A stretch of DNA of 64,000 nt from Sulfurovum sp. UBA5198 (GTDB taxonomy: Bacteria; Campylobacterota; Campylobacteria; Campylobacterales; Sulfurovaceae), in the NCBI GenBank assembly GCA_002412865.1, contig DHVW01000007.1, positions 7,806-71,805 on the forward strand, read 5' to 3'. Positions 61,271 through 64,000 of this stretch are shown one piece after another. The translations under genes and the position numbers were made by a program. The notes under the pieces were generated by a model, which did no database searches, was not told the origin of the DNA, and saw only the letters and a program-made list of their open reading frames with translations. Every line of letters starts with the position of its first letter. The first letter of the stretch is position 1.

Positions 61271-62341
61271 TTATCTTCTGACTGGTAAATTCATATCATT
61301 ACCCCAAGCATCCCAGCTACCTGTGAATACTTTTACATTTTGGTATCCCAAGTTACGCAAAGCAGTTATTGCGTGAGAGCTTCTACCTGTCCCTACTTGA
61401 CAATAAGCATATATTGTTTGATCTTTTCTTATGCCATTCTTGTCAAATACCTTTTGCATCTCTGCATTTGATTTGAAAGATTTTTTATTATCTTCATCAT
61501 AAAGATTTTTCCACTCTATAAATTTAGCACCAGGAATATGTCCGCCTCTAGCAACATTGTCTTTCTTGTCTTCACCTATAATCTCAGTCATGCCTCTACT
61601 ATCAATAATTACAAATTTAGACTTTGCACCATTTTTAGCTATATCTGCTTGAGCTTTAGCGACTTCTTTTTTTTCTGCAATATATTTTTTGTCAATATTT
61701 TTTGGGTCAATTACATAATTACTAGCTGCATGTTTAGTCTCTTCTCCTGGTTGCATTATAGTTGTTGTTTCTAGTTTTGCTACCTGAGCTTTAATAGCTT
61801 CTTCATTGGCTTTTAGTTTTGCAACTTGAGCTGCATCTTTAGTTGCTTTAATAGTTTTCTTAAGTGCTTTTCTTTGTTTTTTAAGGGTTTCTATTTTCAC
61901 TTGTACAGGATCTACTAACTTGATACCTTCATATCCACCATTAAGGATTTTAATATTTTTATGGCCATAACTCTCAAAGAAACTATGTACTCCAGTAGCA
62001 TTTGGTCCACGGTAGTTATCATAAGCTATGATTGTTTGATCGTTTCTAATGCCTTTGCTTCTGATATACTCCTGTGCTTCTTTTGGACATTGATACAGAG
62101 GTGCACATTTCATATTTCCCATTTTATCAGAGTGATGCAAGTGGTGAGCACCCATACTTACTGAGCCTTTTATGTGTCCATTGGCATACGCATCTTCATC
62201 GTCACCTGATACAAAAATATAATTCTTATTCCCTATCAGTTTAACTGCTTCAGCAGGTTCAATAAGTTGTACTGGTGCAGCCCAAAGTGAGGTTGCAACC
62301 AATAAACTACTGAGCAAAACTGTACTTTTAACTCTTCTCAT
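61271..62341 (-). CDS. secreted tandem-rhodanese sulfurtransferase with coiled-coil linker
   Basis: 356 aa. Signal peptide ...SLWA-AP. The N-terminal rhodanese domain lacks the catalytic Cys (AYDNYRGPNATG). A Lys/Ala-rich linker follows. The C-terminal domain has the active loop CQVGTGRS. Ends 12 nt before the alpha subunit ATG. Confidence 0.8.
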   Translation of the reverse strand: MRRVKSTVLLSSLLVATSLWAAPVQLIEPAEAVKLIGNKNYIFVSGDDEDAYANGHIKGSVSMGAHHLHHSDKMGNMKCAPLYQCPKEAQEYIRSKGIRNDQTIIAYDNYRGPNATGVHSFFESYGHKNIKILNGGYEGIKLVDPVQVKIETLKKQRKALKKTIKATKDAAQVAKLKANEEAIKAQVAKLETTTIMQPGEETKHAASNYVIDPKNIDKKYIAEKKEVAKAQADIAKNGAKSKFVIIDSRGMTEIIGEDKKDNVARGGHIPGAKFIEWKNLYDEDNKKSFKSNAEMQKVFDKNGIRKDQTIYAYCQVGTGRSSHAITALRNLGYQNVKVFTGSWDAWGNDMNLPVRR

Positions 62342-62631
62342 TCGTTTTCCTTATAAATTTTATCACCCTATGAAATACTGATTTTATACTGTACAGCTCG
62401 GGTTTAACAGGTTATTATAGAGTGACTTCTCTTAAACTAAAATAAAAACAAATTATAATTTAAAAATATGTTTTACTTATGTTAAAAAATAGCTATTTCT
62501 TTATTTGATATAAATTTTAAATATTAGCATTATCTGTAAAATATATTAAAGTAAATATTTTTATAGTAATTTGCAGAGTTTTAATCATAAAAATGCTATA
62601 TTCGCACAAATAATGAAAAAGGCTACAAGAA

Positions 62632-63198
62632 ATGACACGAGATAATGCAGTCGATATGCTAATGGAACAAGAGCTTGATATAAAGCTAGTGCGAGAGATA
62701 TTTGATGAATTCAAAGACAATATGGAAATTGTAGGCATGGTAGCCATGAATGTATCTCGTAAATGCAGTGTATACGACAAAGAGCAAGGCAAAAGTGATA
62801 ATATGATAGCCTTGCTAGAAGAGCTATCAACCGTAGATGACATGGGGGCTAGATGGGCAGTTGCTAAAAACCATTTTACTTCAGTAGAGATACTAGAAAG
62901 ATTAGCAAATGACGAAATTAACCTTGTTAGAGCTTTAGTAGCCACAAATCCAAACACGCCAGTAGCAGTTCTAAACAAGCTATTCTCAGACGAAAAAATA
63001 GTCAGAGATGGCCTATCTGGCAACGCAAATACGCCTCTTAAGTTACTCAAAGTATTAGCAAGTGATAGCGATAAAATGGTTAGGCTAAGAGTAGTAGATA
63101 ACCCTTCCGCCACAAAAGAACTATTAGCTACAATGTTAGAAGATACAGAAAAAGATATACTCAAAGCAATTGAAATCAGACTAGGAGAGATGGCATGA
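62632..63198 (+). CDS. leucine-rich-repeat-variant (LRV/HEAT-like) repeat protein
   Basis: 188 aa. Repeats of about 24 aa: VRALVATNPNTPVAVLNKL, VRDGLSGNANTPLKLLKVL, VRLRVVDNPSATKELL. The antisense 232-aa ORF is low-complexity and rejected. Confidence 0.55.
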   Translation: MTRDNAVDMLMEQELDIKLVREIFDEFKDNMEIVGMVAMNVSRKCSVYDKEQGKSDNMIALLEELSTVDDMGARWAVAKNHFTSVEILERLANDEINLVRALVATNPNTPVAVLNKLFSDEKIVRDGLSGNANTPLKLLKVLASDSDKMVRLRVVDNPSATKELLATMLEDTEKDILKAIEIRLGEMA

Positions 63199-63569
63199 AA
63201 CAGGGCAAAAAACACGAAGATAGACAGAGCGAATATGAAACGCTAGAAAAACAACTTTTATCACTATTTCATAGTGGTATTTATATATCATCGTTTGATG
63301 TAGTTCAGATAGGTAAAGCTATAGGACTTGATATGCCTTTTAAAGATAGGGATGTGCTATTAAAATCACTATTTGCTCAAGCAAAAAAAGAGGACAAATT
63401 CTCTGAAGCGCTCAGACATATCGGACTATATATTAGAGAGAGAGCAAATAAATATACAGTACTAGGAAATGAATACCCTCATGCAAGACCACTAATTACC
63501 TCATGGCTACAAAAGGCTAAAGCTACAGATGCACTGCTCAAAAGAGAAATGGCGAGGGATATACATTGA
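63195..63569 (+). CDS. hypothetical protein, paralog of ORF 14079-14534
   Basis: 124 aa. Shares SGIYIS and scattered identities in an ungapped alignment with the 151-aa ORF. Overlaps both neighbours by 4 nt. Confidence 0.45.
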   Translation: MKQGKKHEDRQSEYETLEKQLLSLFHSGIYISSFDVVQIGKAIGLDMPFKDRDVLLKSLFAQAKKEDKFSEALRHIGLYIRERANKYTVLGNEYPHARPLITSWLQKAKATDALLKREMARDIH

Positions 63570-64000
63570 ACACAGAGGATGTTACCAAAATACTCACAGC
63601 AGTAACCTATCCAGGTATTGAGAGGGACATAGTATCGCTAAAACTTATAGAAGATATAAAAATAGAAAATAATAAACTCGCAATCAAGCTATCCATATCA
63701 AATGAAGTAGCCTATGAGCAGATAGAAAAACAGATTCACGAGCTACTAAAGTCTAGTTTTGACTCAACTGAAGTTACATTTATCTCCAAAAAAACCAAAT
63801 CCACTAGTTATGGTTCATCGGCCAAACCAAACAACAGAGCTCCTTATGCAAAAAATATAATCGCTGTCACAAGTGGGAAAGGTGGAGTTGGCAAAAGCAC
63901 AGTAAGCGTTAATCTTTCAGTTTCTCTAGCACAGAAGGGCTACCGTGTAGGTCTGCTAGATGCCGATGTTTATGGACCCAACACTCCTAGAATGCTAGGT
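63566..64000 (+). CDS. mrp: Mrp/ApbC/NBP35-family Fe-S cluster carrier ATPase (partial; runs off the window)
   Basis: TTG at 63566 is the first start codon after the in-frame stop at 63518. [25 protein letters not shown] (MIP18-like N-domain), then deviant Walker [13 protein letters not shown] and LLDADVYGP. Confidence 0.8.
   Translation, partial: MNTEDVTKILTAVTYPGIERDIVSLKLIEDIKIENNKLAIKLSISNEVAYEQIEKQIHELLKSSFDSTEVTFISKKTKSTSYGSSAKPNNRAPYAKNIIAVTSGKGGVGKSTVSVNLSVSLAQKGYRVGLLDADVYGPNTPRMLG

Noticed and set aside
62517-63215. 232-aa minus-strand ORF opposite the LRV-repeat gene
   Set aside because: Low-complexity Ser/Leu/Ile-rich translation with no motifs. The plus-strand frame shows regular LRV-type repeats and is translationally coupled to downstream genes.

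Overview
AT-rich bacterial chromosomal segment. The proteins look epsilonproteobacterial (Campylobacterota): PglC/D/E, RpsB and DpnI-like products closely resemble sequences I recall, and the recA-eno and topA-bioB arrangements fit. The genus cannot be determined from the sequence alone. There are about 70 genes and most are housekeeping: rpsB-tsf, glnA, dcd, topA, bioB, eno, recA, csp, murB, tpx, ccoG, moaC, lspA, glmM, rpsT, prfA, mobA and comM. No rRNA, tRNA, CRISPR array, transposase or integrase was recognised. Five regions deserve a second look. (1) 53.8-62.3 kb holds a minus-strand operon for a Tat-exported NarG-type (type II) Mo-bisPGD enzyme. It also encodes a NarH-like beta subunit, a gamma subunit fusing an EB_dh-like domain to a CxxCH cytochrome c, a Cys-rich lipoprotein and a secreted tandem rhodanese. 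Its substrate cannot be assigned. (2) 14.1-21.4 kb holds a second Mo-bisPGD operon in ttrBCA-like order (FeS, NrfD-type membrane subunit, 1116-aa catalytic subunit). (3) Both Mo loci carry paralogous accessory genes: a TorD-like chaperone, a ~350-370-aa polyferredoxin with a C-terminal Zn-ribbon-like motif, and a small protein sharing an SGIYIS motif. This looks like a dedicated, uncharacterised maturation module. (4) 22.29-24.11 kb is a 1.8-kb mini-island bounded by exact 19-bp direct repeats, one of which is the 3' end of an asnB-like gene. It carries a DpnI-family methyl-directed restriction endonuclease, an acidic partner ORF and two methyltransferase gene remnants. (5) Several intergenic repeats and shared motifs are present: a recA/comM upstream motif, an SQR-like/ccoG promoter box, structured tandem repeats downstream of tpx, and a 20-bp inverted repeat upstream of rpsB. 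All homology calls are by eye from motifs and remembered sequences, not from database searches.
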